A stretch of DNA of 64,000 nt from NCBI GenBank assembly GCA_964016885.1, contig OZ024744.1, forward strand, positions 88,164,001 to 88,228,000, in the 5' to 3' direction. This stretch comes from Eledone cirrhosa. Its lineage: Eukaryota. Made by a program: the position numbers and the translations under genes. The notes below the pieces were generated by a model. The model ran no database searches. It saw nothing but the letters and a program-made list of their open reading frames with translations, and was not told the DNA's origin. The number at the start of each line of letters is the position of its first letter. The stretch's first letter is position 1. This document shows positions 12,575-26,774 of the stretch, piece after piece.

Positions 12575-15500
12575 TCAGGATTTGGGCACCATGGCCCATT
12601 CGAGAAGAGAATTACTGTTTGCGGAGACATATCCGGGTGTGGGTGGTTTGTCCGGGATTACTTGGAGGAATTTGTCCAAAGACTTCTTGAATTTTGTGTG
12701 GTCAGTTTCTGTTTTGACGTGTCCTGGTGTGATGTTGAAGAGAGCAGGGCCGATTGAGGTGAAATAATTGTGCCGTATTGTTGTTATGAGTTGCGATTTA
12801 GATTTTTGAATGGGACGGATAGCACGGGGCCCAAGCCTTGGGTGTATCTTGAAGGCGATGCCAACATCATTTGGGCAGTGATGATGGAACATTTTCCACA
12901 TCATGCAGATAATATAACGCTCACGGCGACGTTGGAGTGAGTAAAGTTTCAGGTTTTCCAATCGACCCCAGTAGTCAAGGTCTGACATGCCATCTATCTT
13001 TTTCGTGATTGCCCTTTGAGGAGCTTCAAGTTTCATGATACTTTGTTTCGTGTGGGGAGACCACAGTGGACAACAGTATTCAAGGTGTGGTCGGGCGAAA
13101 GTAGAGAAGAGAAGGATAATGGTGCGGGAATCTCTCGACTGGAAGGTTCTGAGGATCCAGGAACACATTCTGCGGGCCATGTCAACTTTGCTGCTTATAT
13201 GCGTGGTCCAGCTTATGTTGCTGTCCACGGTTACTCCCAAGTCTCTGATGTTGTTAGATGCCACGAGAGTTTCCCCGGAGGGAAGGGAGTACGGGAGTTT
13301 CAGAGCATCCTCTTTTCCAAAGTGGATCAGTTCGAATTTGTCTTCGTTCAGTAACATGTTGTTCTTTTCTGCCCATTGGGTAACAGCCAGTAGGTCTGAC
13401 TGAAGGCTTATCCGGTCATCCACGCCATTGATGACCTTTTGGAGCTTGGAATCATCAGCGAAAATTTTAATGTTGCTGTGTTTGATGATGTCAGTGATGT
13501 CATTAATATAGATGATGAAGAGAAGTGGGCCCAACACAGTGCCTTGTGGGACTCCACTACTGACTTTGGCTGGGCCTGATTTGACTCCCTCAACTACAAC
13601 ATGTTGGGTTCTGTTTGACAGGAAGCTCTTGATCCACTGCAGCAGCTTTCCAGTGACACCAATATTGGACAGCTTTCTCAGTAGAATGTTATGATCAACC
13701 CTGTCAAAGGCCTTGCTGAAATCAAGGTAGATAACATCAGTGTTGGAACCCTCTCCCAAGGCTCTCAAAATGTCATCAAAGTGATGCAGTAGTTGCGTCA
13801 GGCAATCCCTTCCATTACGGAATCCATGCTGGTTGGAGTTCAGCATATTGTTACTCTCAAGGAAGTGGGTCATTCGCGATCTCACCACTCGCTCAAATAC
13901 CTTAATGATATGAGAGGTGAGTGAGATTGGACGGTAATTCACGGCAAGGGATTTGTTTCCCTTTTTGAAAACTGGGACAACAGACTGGGATAGAAGGTTT
14001 TCTGGCACATATCCAGCATCCAGTGAGTTCCGCCACAGATTGGCAAGAGGAGAAGCAAGTTGGTGTTGACACGCCTTCAAGACACAAGCAGGGAACCTAT
14101 CGGGACCTACTGCTGAATTATGCTTGATTTCCTTTATTGCCGCCAAGACATCAGGGGCGCCAAACGTTATGTCCGATAAGGTGTAATGGGGAGTAACATC
14201 GCCGATACAGCCCAGATCGGCCATATCAGGATTGCTGAAAACAGAGCAGTATTGTTTCTGCAGTATCTCACCCATGGTTTTAGCATTGTCTTGAAGAGTG
14301 CCATTTTCATCAATTAGAGGGCCAACAGTAGAGCCAGTGATTTTGTGTTTTTTTGCAAATGAAAAGAACACTTTGGGATTGAGTTTGATCTTCTCAATGG
14401 CCCAGGCCTCTTCAGCTCTTCTCTGATTGTTGATGAGGGACATTATGTTGTTTTGGAGGTTATGTTTTTTAATCTCTAGTGATGAAATGGCAGTCAAGTT
14501 GATGTGTTGCTGCTGACAGTATTTCAGCTTGTTGATTTTTTTGTTCGTTCTCTTAATTTTTCTGATGAGTGTTTTTCTATTTCTAGGGATTCTGCTCTTA
14601 GATTTGTTTATAGTTCTTAATGGGGTGTGTTTAGCACATATGTTTGTAACAGTGTCCACAAATGTCTGCCAGGACTTTTTGATGTTAGTGGGTGTATGAG
14701 TGTGCGTGAAGGACCAGTCGACATGTGCAAGATCATGACTGATCGCTTCCCAGTTTGCATTGTGGAAATCCATAGCGTCAAACGGATGGACAGGAGAAAT
14801 GACATTGGGTTTGTATATTGGACGGTGGAAACTCAGATCACAGAGAACCATGTCATGATCAGAGAGTAGAGTTTTCTCCACTGCAATATTGTGGATATTG
14901 TCAGTGTGATTGCTGAAAATTAAGTCTAGGACGTTTTTGTGGCACCTCGTTGGTTCGAGCACTAGTTGGGATAGGAAGAAATCATCCATGAAGTCAAGAA
15001 GCGATTCCACAGCTTCCCTGTCAGAGGTTGAGGCAGAAGAACCTGGTGGCAGGGTGTTTGTGGACCAGTCAACTCCGGGGAGGTTGAAGTCCCCCATCAT
15101 TAAGATGTTGTCAGGGTGACACTCTTGGATGAAACACTTTATGCTGTTGAGGCATTCCTTGAAGCATGGTACAGGCGTTTGGGGTGGCCTATAGAGCCCA
15201 ACTACTAATAGGTTGTTGGTTTGACTGAATACAGTGACTGCCTCACAGTATCCATTAGTGAATATGTTCATAGCCTCTGTTGAGAAAGAATTATGGACAT
15301 AAATGGCAGTTCCGCCCTTTCTTCTGCCAGCGCGATCAGCACGGATGGCTTTGAAATTTTTCACTTTCACCTCGGCTTCCAAGTGGAGGTTACTGAGATG
15401 GGTTTCAGTGAGGACGAAGAAAGGGATGTGGTTTGGATGGACATCAATCCAGTCCTCCAGGAATTTGATCTTCCATTTTTGAGTATTGGTGGAAGGGCTG

Positions 15501-15595
15501 ATGCCTTGGGCGTTAAGCAAAAATGTAGAGGCGAGAGTGGATGGTTTTAATTGTTTTGGTGTGTTGTTAATTTGTTTGTTTGTTAATGGCAGCAA
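12575..15595 (-). CDS. LINE ORF2: AP endonuclease plus reverse transcriptase
   Basis: 1006 aa. EN motifs LNAQG, LTETHL, GGTAIYV, YRPP, MGDFN, LDLIF, SDH. RT motifs NYRPISL, QHGFR, YLDFSKAFD, SGVPQGTVLGP, FADD, RDLGV. CR1-type C-terminus LEYCCPLWSP...LYSLQRRRER. The annotated start is TTG and the frame is open from 15712. Confidence 0.95.
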   Translation of the reverse strand: MLPLTNKQINNTPKQLKPSTLASTFLLNAQGISPSTNTQKWKIKFLEDWIDVHPNHIPFFVLTETHLSNLHLEAEVKVKNFKAIRADRAGRRKGGTAIYVHNSFSTEAMNIFTNGYCEAVTVFSQTNNLLVVGLYRPPQTPVPCFKECLNSIKCFIQECHPDNILMMGDFNLPGVDWSTNTLPPGSSASTSDREAVESLLDFMDDFFLSQLVLEPTRCHKNVLDLIFSNHTDNIHNIAVEKTLLSDHDMVLCDLSFHRPIYKPNVISPVHPFDAMDFHNANWEAISHDLAHVDWSFTHTHTPTNIKKSWQTFVDTVTNICAKHTPLRTINKSKSRIPRNRKTLIRKIKRTNKKINKLKYCQQQHINLTAISSLEIKKHNLQNNIMSLINNQRRAEEAWAIEKIKLNPKVFFSFAKKHKITGSTVGPLIDENGTLQDNAKTMGEILQKQYCSVFSNPDMADLGCIGDVTPHYTLSDITFGAPDVLAAIKEIKHNSAVGPDRFPACVLKACQHQLASPLANLWRNSLDAGYVPENLLSQSVVPVFKKGNKSLAVNYRPISLTSHIIKVFERVVRSRMTHFLESNNMLNSNQHGFRNGRDCLTQLLHHFDDILRALGEGSNTDVIYLDFSKAFDRVDHNILLRKLSNIGVTGKLLQWIKSFLSNRTQHVVVEGVKSGPAKVSSGVPQGTVLGPLLFIIYINDITDIIKHSNIKIFADDSKLQKVINGVDDRISLQSDLLAVTQWAEKNNMLLNEDKFELIHFGKEDALKLPYSLPSGETLVASNNIRDLGVTVDSNISWTTHISSKVDMARRMCSWILRTFQSRDSRTIILLFSTFARPHLEYCCPLWSPHTKQSIMKLEAPQRAITKKIDGMSDLDYWGRLENLKLYSLQRRRERYIICMMWKMFHHHCPNDVGIAFKIHPRLGPRAIRPIQKSKSQLITTIRHNYFTSIGPALFNITPGHVKTETDHTKFKKSLDKFLQVIPDKPPTPGYVSANSNSLLEWAMVPKS

Positions 15596-16734
15596 TGGGA
15601 GTTTGTGCAGTGGGGTGATAGTGGAGGGTGGTGCTGGGTGATAGCTCGAATGTTTTTTTCCAGTTCTTTTGCCAGATTCATTATGGCTAAAAAAGAGGAA
15701 GAAGTTTCCTGTTTAGAAGACTGTTGGTGACTGTGGTAGTGGTTATTTTTATGTAGGTTATGGTTTTTGTTTTTGCTTTTATTTTTAATTTTATTTTCAT
15801 TTATCCGACGGGTCCCCGGGAGATGGGTAAAGGGACAATCCCGGTCTAAACACAATCTGTCTCGCAGGGAAAAACGGCAGATTTGTGGATTCCTTGTTTG
15901 AGTTATTGGTGGTTGTGTTGGTGTTAAATTAGAGTATGTATTATGGTGGTGGCTGTTTGTGGGGATAGATCGTTTTGTCCTAGGTAAATGGGTGAATTTG
16001 CAGCCACTATCCGTACATATTCTATAGCGTAGAGAGTAGCGGCAAATGATGGGGTTTCGAGTGGGTGGGTATGTGGGTGTGGGTGTTGTGAGAGGTGTAG
16101 ATGATGGTTTGGGTAGGATTTGACGACCTTTGTGGACTGTGGGAGGGAGAGTTCTTGTTCTGGTATTAGAAGGTAAATTCCTTGACATAGCAGTAGACAA
16201 AAATGTTGTAGTAGTAGTAGTAGTAGTAGGCAGAGATGTTGGCAGTGGTGATGATTGGACTGCTGGGCCAGAGAAAGGATGTGGCGTTTCATGCTGTGAG
16301 ACAGAGGCCACTGGGGGGTCAATAGTTTCATTTAGTAGATCGGCCATTGTTGATGAATCAAGGAGTGGTTCACACTGTTGTTGTCGTTGTTGTTGTTGTT
16401 GTTGCTGTTGTTGTTGCTGTAGCTGTTGTTGTTGTTGTTGCTGTTGCTGTTGTTGTTGTTGTTGTTGCTGCTGCTGGACAGCATTCGAAGAGAAAACACA
16501 CCGTAGTTTATCCAAATGTTTATTGATTAATTTAAAAGCAATTTCGATTTGCTTTAATTTATTTTGAATCTGTTGTTCAGATCGAGTTTTCAAAAATTGA
16601 ACTGTACGTTTAGCAATGTCGTTCAGAGATGAAGCATCTATATTTTCTGTTTGGGAAAGGCAATGCCATGTGTTTATTAGAATGTCGATTTCATTATCAG
16701 ACCAGTTCTGTTTGGATTTTTGCTGGTTAGCCAT
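15583..16734 (-). CDS. LINE ORF1: N-terminal Myb/SANT-like helix region, polyQ, two CCCH-type zinc fingers
   Basis: 383 aa. WSDNEIDILINTW...RSEQQIQNKL, a Q tract, and CRYSLRYRICTDSGCKFTHLP plus CRFSLRDRLCLDRDCPFTHLP. Directly upstream of and overlapping ORF2. Confidence 0.85.
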   Translation of the reverse strand: MANQQKSKQNWSDNEIDILINTWHCLSQTENIDASSLNDIAKRTVQFLKTRSEQQIQNKLKQIEIAFKLINKHLDKLRCVFSSNAVQQQQQQQQQQQQQQQQQQLQQQQQQQQQQQRQQQCEPLLDSSTMADLLNETIDPPVASVSQHETPHPFSGPAVQSSPLPTSLPTTTTTTTTFLSTAMSRNLPSNTRTRTLPPTVHKGRQILPKPSSTPLTTPTPTYPPTRNPIICRYSLRYRICTDSGCKFTHLPRTKRSIPTNSHHHNTYSNLTPTQPPITQTRNPQICRFSLRDRLCLDRDCPFTHLPGTRRINENKIKNKSKNKNHNLHKNNHYHSHQQSSKQETSSSFLAIMNLAKELEKNIRAITQHHPPLSPHCTNSHCCH

Positions 16735-17113
16735 TCTAGTTTTGAGTGTGTGTGTTTTTTAGTTAAGTATTTCAATATATATATATATTTTTTTTTTTTT
16801 AAATTTATTTTTGATTTATTTTTGTTTTTTGTTTTTCTTGTGTGTGAGTGAGAAGCGTATATATATAAATATGAGTATATATATATATATATATGTATAT
16901 TCTGGTTATTTGAAATTAATTAAGTTAATGAAAAGACGAAAGTATATAATAATAATTTGTAGTTAAAGGAAAATGTACTCACAAGTTCGTGTGTGTGTGT
17001 TTTAGTTAAGTATTTCAATATATATATATTTTTTTTTTAAATTTATTTTTGATTTATTTTTGTTTTTTGTTTTTCTTGTGTGTGAGTGAGAAGCGTATAT
17101 ATATAAATATGAG

Positions 17114-17146
<33 letters not shown>

Positions 17147-17275
17147 TCTGGTTATTTGAAATTAATTAAGTTAATGAAAAGACGAAAGTATATAATAATA
17201 ATTTGTAGTTAAAGGAAAATGTACTCACAAGTTCGAAAACACGTGGTTTCAAATATATAATAATATAGATGTATG

Positions 17276-18461
<1,186 letters not shown>

Positions 18462-18500
18462 ATATATATACATATATGGGTCTGTGGAAAGAGAGAGAGC

Positions 18501-18535
<35 letters not shown>

Positions 18536-18586
18536 CGTGGAGTAGAGATTGAAGGAGATTAAAAGAGAATTGCATGGCTGGGGAGA

Positions 18587-18665
<79 letters not shown>

Positions 18666-18727
18666 GGTAGTAGTAGTGGTGGTGGTGGTGGTAGTGGTAG
18701 TAGTAGTGGTGGTGGTGGTGGTAGTGA

Positions 18728-18779
<52 letters not shown>

Positions 18780-18826
18780 TAGTAGTATTATTATTATTAT
18801 TATTATTAGTAGTAGTAGTAGTAGTA
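18587..18826. repeat. (TAG)n/(TGG)n/(TAT)n compound microsatellite
   Basis: Direct observation. Confidence 0.95.
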
Positions 18827-19011
18827 AGCTCAGACGCACACACTCACACTTACACATACGCATACGCATACACACATACATGCACGCACATACGCGCATG
18901 CACATGCAAACGAAGCAGAAACAAGAATCTGTAACTGTATATAATCAATGGAGATCTTTTGTTGAAGGTTGTAGTTAATTGTTTGCTTATAAGTCATTAA
19001 ATATATTAACT

Positions 19012-19610
19012 GCGGTGGATTGGCAGTATCGGTAGAGGGTCAGACGCCATGCTTTGCAGCATTGTGTTACGGCCCTTTATGATCTGAGTTCAAATCCCGT
19101 CGAGGTTAACTTTGCCTTCATCCTTACAGGGTCGATAAAATAAAGTACCAGTAATGCACTGGATAATTGATGGCCTTGTGCCTAAAGTAGAAACAATTTA
19201 TTATTTGCAGTATCGGTAGAGGGTCAGACGCCATGCTTTGCAGCATAGTGTTACGGCCCTTTATGGTCTGAGTTCAAATCCCGCCGAGGTTAACTTTGCC
19301 TTTCATCCTTACGGGGTCGATAAAATAAAGTACCAGCAATGCACTGGGTAATTGCTGGCCTTGTGCCAAAAAGTAGAAACATTTATTTACTTCATTGGCA
19401 GAATCTGTAGAGCGTCGGACAACTTGTTTTGCAACATAAACTTACGGCCCCTTTACATTCTGATTTTAAATCCTGCAGAGATTAGCTTTGCCTTTTATCC
19501 TTACGGTGTTGATAACATAAAGCACCATTAATGCACTGGGGTTGATTTAATCGATTTCCCCCTCCCCTAAAATTGCTAGCCATGTGCCTATAGCAGAAAC
19601 AGTTATTTAC
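19012..19610 (+). mobile_element. Head-to-tail trimer of octopus-type tRNA SINE
   Basis: Units start at about 19012, 19205 and 19395, each with A/B boxes and the GTTAACTTTGCCTTTCATCC core (third unit diverged). Confidence 0.9.
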
Positions 19611-20419
19611 TTGCGTCATAAGCTATTTCCGCCTTCGATATTAAACAATACGAAATAGAATAAAGTAAACTTGACTTCAAATTCACTGCAAGGTATGTTA
19701 CGTCTTTGTTGTTCTTATTTATATCCATGTCTGGAGTGATCGAGCCGATGTATTATAATATAATTATCAAAAGCATCTCCAGCCACAAATTTTTAGTCTT
19801 TCTTAGTCTGTACTTATATGCAGAAATACATTAATGTCTCGCTTTCATTTAAAGATTGTACATTTCTATTTAAATGGAGATATTACATATATTTCCTGAC
19901 TAGATACTGATGTTTTAGTGATGGTATTTGCACTGTTGTATGACACCCTATAATTCATGCTCTATAAATAGTCAGATGCATTTCCGAAGGTAGATATCAC
20001 AATCTTAGAGGAACTCCCAAATTCAATATCACGTTGCATTCTTCTTCGACAGTTCAAAACCTTAAATTGTCCACTCCTTGTCGAAATGCGCGTTGATGGA
20101 TCTACTTATAAAAGATCTGCAACTTTTCCTTGAACTGGAAGGAGTTAATGAGAGTTTAGCGAATTCGGGATATGTGGTATAATTACCGCCTAGCGTAACA
20201 CTTTTTGTTTTGTCGTCAGAACATTCTAGCTGTAGGCGTTTAGTCCCTGGTCATCTTGTTCAAACAAACCTGTGATCAAATACATTTTAACCATGATCAG
20301 CCTACCTTGTCAGATAATGTATACCTCAGATCATTTTATTCAATGTGCCCTTCATTTGCTTTAGATGCAGTAAAGTAGAGTTTCTCAAGGTGGGCGTTGA
20401 GAAGATCCATGGGATGCTG

Positions 20420-20673
20420 ATGTATATTAAATATCAAATGATACATATATATATATATAAATATAGTAAAATAAAAAAAATATATAATATTTATTTACAC
20501 ATAGTATATATTATATTATTTATTATATATACATTAACGATTTTATTTATTCTATATTATTTCCAATTTGCGTGTGGACATGTCTCTCTGGAAATACGGG
20601 GTGGAGGCACTGAGTGTATTACGTGGCCGTGACGCGTGGGGTGGTAGTGGCCCTAAAAGTTTGAGAACCTCTG
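20420..20673 (+). mobile_element. hAT (Charlie/Buster-like) 3' terminal fragment
   Basis: Ends TTGAGAACCTCTG. Homologous to 30527-30680 and 31467-31630. Confidence 0.6.
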
Positions 20674-21459
20674 CCGTAAAGCATAAGTGGAGAGAAAGTG
20701 AGGAGAAGGATCTTTCTAGTAAATAAAGAAACTGTGCTGGTTGAAGCGTTCTATTTCATGTTGCAAGCGCTTGAAGAGATGAGAAACTTGGCAATCAATG
20801 TGACAACTGTCAAAAGTAAATTCTCATCAGCGAATTGTTCTTCTTCATGTGATCAACATATACAAAGTTATTGTCAAATCAAAGAATTAAATCTAAATTT
20901 TTCAAATGAAGCAGTAAATTTTCATATGTCATACTTATCTTTTGTCTGCAATATAACTTATCAAAGGATTTTACATAGAATTATGATGGAAAAGATGTTA
21001 TATAAACATAAACCTTTTAAAACAAACACATTTATTTCTTAGATCGGGTGGTTTAATATCTCGGTAAAGGGTTTTAAAAGTTCAGTTGGTAAACACAATA
21101 TTTAGATATTTAGTGTATTGAGAGTCGTTTCCCGTGGAGTAGAAGCCATGCAATGCTATCTATACCATGGATCCTTAATTCTGGCTGGAGTCTTAGAGGC
21201 AAAGCCATGACACACGGCGTTGTGTTTTGAGCGTTTCAATCTTGTCAGAGCCCATTAGTCTCCGGGTTTATGTGGGCAGCCACAATATTTATATCTTTTG
21301 AAAGCAAACATAGTAATTAGACGTTGAGTGAGTAATCAATATTTTCGATTTGCTGTCTACTTTCCCATTTTAAATCCCTTCATGGTAAAACTGATCAGGG
21401 AGGACTGTAGGCTGGATTTATACTCAAGCTTGTAACGTGTCAGGAAAATACGGAATACA

Positions 21460-21642
21460 AATAATTGTTTCTACTTTTGGCACAAGGCCAGCAATTCACC
21501 AGTATATTACTGGTACTTTATTTACTCGACCCCGAAAGGATGAAAGGCAAAGTTAACCTCGGCAGGATTTGAACTCAGATCGTAAAGAGAGGTTACTCTT
21601 TGCGTCAAAGCATGGCGTCCGACCCTCTACCGATACTGCCAA
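21460..21642 (-). mobile_element. Octopus-type tRNA SINE
   Basis: Matches the window SINE consensus. Confidence 0.9.
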
Positions 21643-22299
21643 AATAATGGCGCATCTGTGCGCGCCATATGAAGTGCACTAAAAGAAAATTTTAGCCAGT
21701 TAACCACATACATTTTGGCCGATGAAGAAAACGTAATTTTATCATTTACCAGATGAGGGAAAACATAGTTGTTAATCTTTTAGTGGTTTGACAAAGAATT
21801 TGGAATTCGAGGTGACATACAGGTTATTTAGAGTCCGACTGGGTAACTATTGCTCAAGTTTGTGTCTGGCAACGGACGCGTCCCTGTGTGTATGTGTATG
21901 TGTAATTTGTAAATGTGTGTGGGAGTGTCGCACAATATGAAGGTGTTTCTTTGTGTGTATGCACAATGTAATGAAGGATGTCGAAAGTGAGTGATATGAT
22001 GCAAGAAGTGGTTATGTAAGGAGACATAGATGAGGTAGGAAATCCAGTTAAATCCTGGAGATAGCCAGACTCAAGCAGATGTCGATAGCTCTGTAGTCAG
22101 ATGAAACGTCAGGTAGCAGTGAGAGACATTTGTATATCTCAAAGAATCAAAACATTTTATAGAGACAAAGAGGTAGAGATATTGATAGTGCTATGGTCAG
22201 CTGAACAAGGGATTGTTTAGCTCGGACAGGGACTGCCAGAAGAATAATTTATAAGACAAAAAATGTCTTATAGAGAGGTTAGGTATTTGTGTGTGTATG

Positions 22300-22342
<43 letters not shown>

Positions 22343-22415
22343 TTTCTGAATTTGGTGCGTGTGTTTCTTATTGGCAACATGTCTTATAGAGAGGTTAGGT
22401 ATTTGTGTGTGTATG

Positions 22416-22450
<35 letters not shown>

Positions 22451-22510
22451 CGTTTCTGAATTTGGTGCGTGTGTATCTTATTGGCAACATGACCCTCCCA
22501 AAGTATAACA

Positions 22511-22930
<420 letters not shown>

Positions 22931-23480
22931 GTTAATAAGACAGCGGCCTAAATATATATATATCAGAATGAAGTAACAGAGTCAGAAACTCGCGTTAGTC
23001 CCTGTAATTGATGAGCTCAAAGGAAAAAGAATCTTGGGCACTTCAAATATAATATATAGAAGAAAACACACGAGGGAAAGAGTGTGTGCACGTCAGGTTA
23101 CAGGGGTACCACTAGCATATGGAACCTATAAACAAAGAAAGGTGAGGTAGATACATTATAATTAAAAAGATAAATTAAAATGAAACAACCCACCTTTATA
23201 TCACACACATACAAACTCAGAGAGAATGTTTCGCCAGAAATCGGTGTTGGAATTGGATTCACCCAGGTTCATCAGAGTGTGTTAGGTGAATACATTCCAG
23301 ACGTCTCTAAGAGAACTTAAAGTAAGTGACTTGCAACGGAAATGCGTGTACGAGACAGTACACTAGTGGTTTGAATGTGATGAGCCGCTAGAAATAGCAG
23401 TCCAAAATAACTCAAATTAAGGTGCTCGACAAAATATATATATATATATATATATATATGCATAAACACACACACACACA

Positions 23481-23561
<81 letters not shown>

Positions 23562-23680
23562 TTACACACAGCACTAGACAGAATTGCTTCCACATCATTC
23601 ATTCTCATCTCGGGAACAATTTTGAATGGCGCCAGTTCGTGATTTGAACTCGGGAATTTTATATTCTCCGAGCGAAAAGA

Positions 23681-23765
23681 ACCTTCTGACGAAAGTCTTC
23701 CTTTTCAATGGATTTCCGTATGGATTATCCATTTATTTCGAGACTTGAAACCGTACGGTAAGGGT
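23681..23765 (+). ncRNA. Type I hammerhead ribozyme
   Basis: ACCTT-CTGACGA-AAGTCT...AGACTT-GAAAC-CGTACG-GTA-AGGGT, with palindromic ACCGTACGGT. Lies in an island of about 260 bp between TA tracts. Confidence 0.88.
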
Positions 23766-23990
23766 AATTACAGCAGGTACAGTGAACTTTTTAAAATTAA
23801 TTTGCTAAACCTTGATTATATATATATATATATATATATTTAAAAACATAGAGATGTGACACACAAGTTGTGATATATTAGTAAAAAGGAAAAGAAAATG
23901 GTGACAGATTTTTCCCAGTGAAAATTAGTTTAATTAGGAATAAGTATAAATTAGTAATAAGTATTGGTTAGTATTCAGTTTTAGTTTTAA

Positions 23991-24057
<67 letters not shown>

Positions 24058-24171
24058 TAAGTTGAGCAAACTTATGCAGCTTCAAATGCAAATGAGATTA
24101 ATCACATCATTTACACAGACGAGAAATGTATATATTCTCAGCTGTCTTCTAGTTCAGCAGTCGCAAGCGGT

Positions 24172-24229
24172 GGGAAGGACTGTCCTGAGGAAGACCAGTT
24201 AAGCCTGAAATGCATAGACGGTTGTTCCC
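24172..24229 (+). ncRNA. Type I hammerhead ribozyme
   Basis: GGGAA..ACTGTC-CTGAGGA-AGAC-CAGTTAA-GCCT-GAAA-TGCA-TA-GACGGT..TTCCC. Extended stem I, palindromic ATGCAT, one mismatch in stem II. Confidence 0.75.
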
Positions 24230-24371
24230 CTTGCTTCTGCTGGACATCACCAGAGGGCGTTAGCCCCCCGGTGTTTGCATAGCTACGGCTTCCTAAAACC
24301 GTATTTCCTTGGAGATACGAAATACTTATAATACATATTGTATAAAGCTATGCTCGAAGCGAAATCCTATT

Positions 24372-24402
<31 letters not shown>

Positions 24403-25926
24403 AATGATTTCTCCCGAATAAAACAGTTCTAGTCCTGTAAAATCCATTTTTTATATTAAATATTTCTACTCTGTTATGTATTGAGAACCTTACTTACTGT
24501 GGTTACCCCCGATTGAACCCGGGATAAACAGATATATGTATAAAGAGAGAGAGATAGAGGGGGGCGGGGAAGAGAGAGAGAGAGAACATACAGCAATGAG
24601 TGTATTTATATGTCTAATTAAATTTAACGTTCGCGTTTTGCTGTTTGTTCAGGTACGCAAGACGCTGTGTGTGTATGTTGTATTTTATTGCTAATGGTTC
24701 ACTTGTACGTATATGTATATGATGTTCAATGTGTGTGTGTGTGTGTGTGTGCGTGCGCGCGCTAGTGGGGGGGAGGGGCGTGTGTGTGTGTGTGTTAGTG
24801 TGTGTGTGTTAGTGTGTTTATGGAATTGATCAATACCGTTCTTCTTTAGCCAGTAGAAATAGCAGCTTTGTGGGTTAACAGTTTGTATGATATAAACTGT
24901 TAATATAACATTCAGATCTGAACAGGTCAAGCGAGTAAAAACGATTTTCGAGCCAGACGTCAACTCGGTTTAGTTGAATCAGTGAATAACTGTTTGTGTT
25001 ACTACTGCTGCTGATGGTTTTGTACTTGCTTTTTGTTGTTTTTGTTGTTTGTTGCCTGATGGGTTTTTTTTTTTTTTGTTAATTTTTTTATTTTGCTGCT
25101 GGTGCTGCTGTTGTTGGTATTGTTGTTGTTGTTCTTCTTCTTATTTTTGTTGTTGAGGTTGTTTTTCTTCTTTGTTGGTGGTGGCGACGGTGGTAATGGT
25201 GATGGTGGTTGTGGTTGAGGTTATGGTTGGGGTTGTGGTTGCAGTTATAGTGGTGAGGCTGGCGATGGGGATGTGTGACGCTCGTGCAATTGTAGTCATG
25301 TTGTGATTGGTTGTGATGATGTTGGCGGTGGTGGTGAGGGCAGTGTTGGTGGAGGTGGCGAAGTGCTGCTGCTGGTGGCGAAGTGCTGGTGCTGGGGATG
25401 ATGGTGACTGTTGTGGCTATGGTGAAGGTGTTGTTGGTGGTGGTGGTGGTGGTGTTGGTGCTATTGGTGACCTTAGTAGTTCTAGTTTTTTGGCACCGGT
25501 TCATTGTTTTTTGAATAGATCAGTTTTTGACCACACTGTCATATTGTACGGCAGTGGTTCTCAACGTGGGAGCTACCGCCCAGGGGGGCGTCGGGAATGT
25601 CCAGGGGAAGCTGAAGTTTAAAGAGAGGGGGAGGGGGTGAGGCTAAAAGGGGGCATGGTGAGGAATGGAGAGGCTGTAAGTGTCACTCCACCCATGCAAG
25701 TGTAAAAACTTGTCTTGTGTTCTTTCTTCTACTTAACAATATATTCAGTGCCTCAAATTTTTGGCAACTTTAGAATCGTCGATTGCTATCAGAACAATCG
25801 CTTACATAGATCAACATATTTCTGAAAGAAAGAATAGACGGATTTAATATATTTCCTTATATTTCTGACTTTCTCTTTCTGTCTTTCTTTCTGCCACTGT
25901 CAAGTGCTCTATCAATTTAAGTGTCT

Positions 25927-26032
<106 letters not shown>

Positions 26033-26407
26033 TGACCACTGTGGAGGGGGGGGGGGGGGGGGGGGGAATAACAGGTCAGTTGTAATTTCCTGCTGTTATA
26101 AAAATTTCACTCTCTCTCTTTCTCTCGCTATCTAACTCATTCGCCACCCCACCTCTCTCTCTCTCTCTTTGCATATTTCTTTCTTGTTGGTGTGTGTGAT
26201 ATGAACTTTCGACTTATTCGAAGGAGAATCTCTTTTCTGGATTCTTTCACTCATATTTAAAGTCTAAGGGACCACATTGTGCTTTGAAGATAAGTTGTAT
26301 ATCTTGATTCTTTAAAAAAAATATTCTAGTTAATTTTGTCTAATTATGTTTTGTTATATTATAAACATTTTAATTGATGTTAATAATTTCATTTATCAAA
26401 ACACATT

Positions 26408-26531
<124 letters not shown>

Positions 26532-26564
26532 TGAGAAAAACCACAGACCCTCCATCTCAACTCA

Positions 26565-26599
26565 CCTTTTGAAAAGCAGAACTGCGAAACCGGTAAAGG
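26565..26599 (+). ncRNA. Minimal hammerhead ribozyme, U3-A8 core variant (family J)
   Basis: CCTT-TTGAAAA-GCAG-AA-CTGC-GAAAC-CG-GTA-AAGG, with palindromic ACCGGT. Element spans about 26533-26738. Confidence 0.7.
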
Positions 26600-26730
26600 A
26601 ACCAAATAAATATATATATATTTTTTTTAAATAAGACTCCAGTTGCATTTTCGATTTCATCTTTTTTTCTTTATACTTTCACTCGTGTAGGATACTTCGG
26701 TTATTTTTCATTTTGTAAAAAAAACCTCAC

Positions 26731-26774
<44 letters not shown>

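Noticed and set aside
19012-19100. tRNA gene
   Set aside because: The A/B boxes belong to SINE heads. There is no complete cloverleaf, and the SINE core and tail follow directly.
19880-20150. Possible transposase remnant (DTDVLVM motif)
   Set aside because: A single short motif with surrounding stops, insufficient to assign.
23213-23282. Minus-strand CTGATGA...GAAAC hammerhead candidate
   Set aside because: Stem II is mismatched and there is no valid NUH in register. At best a decayed copy.
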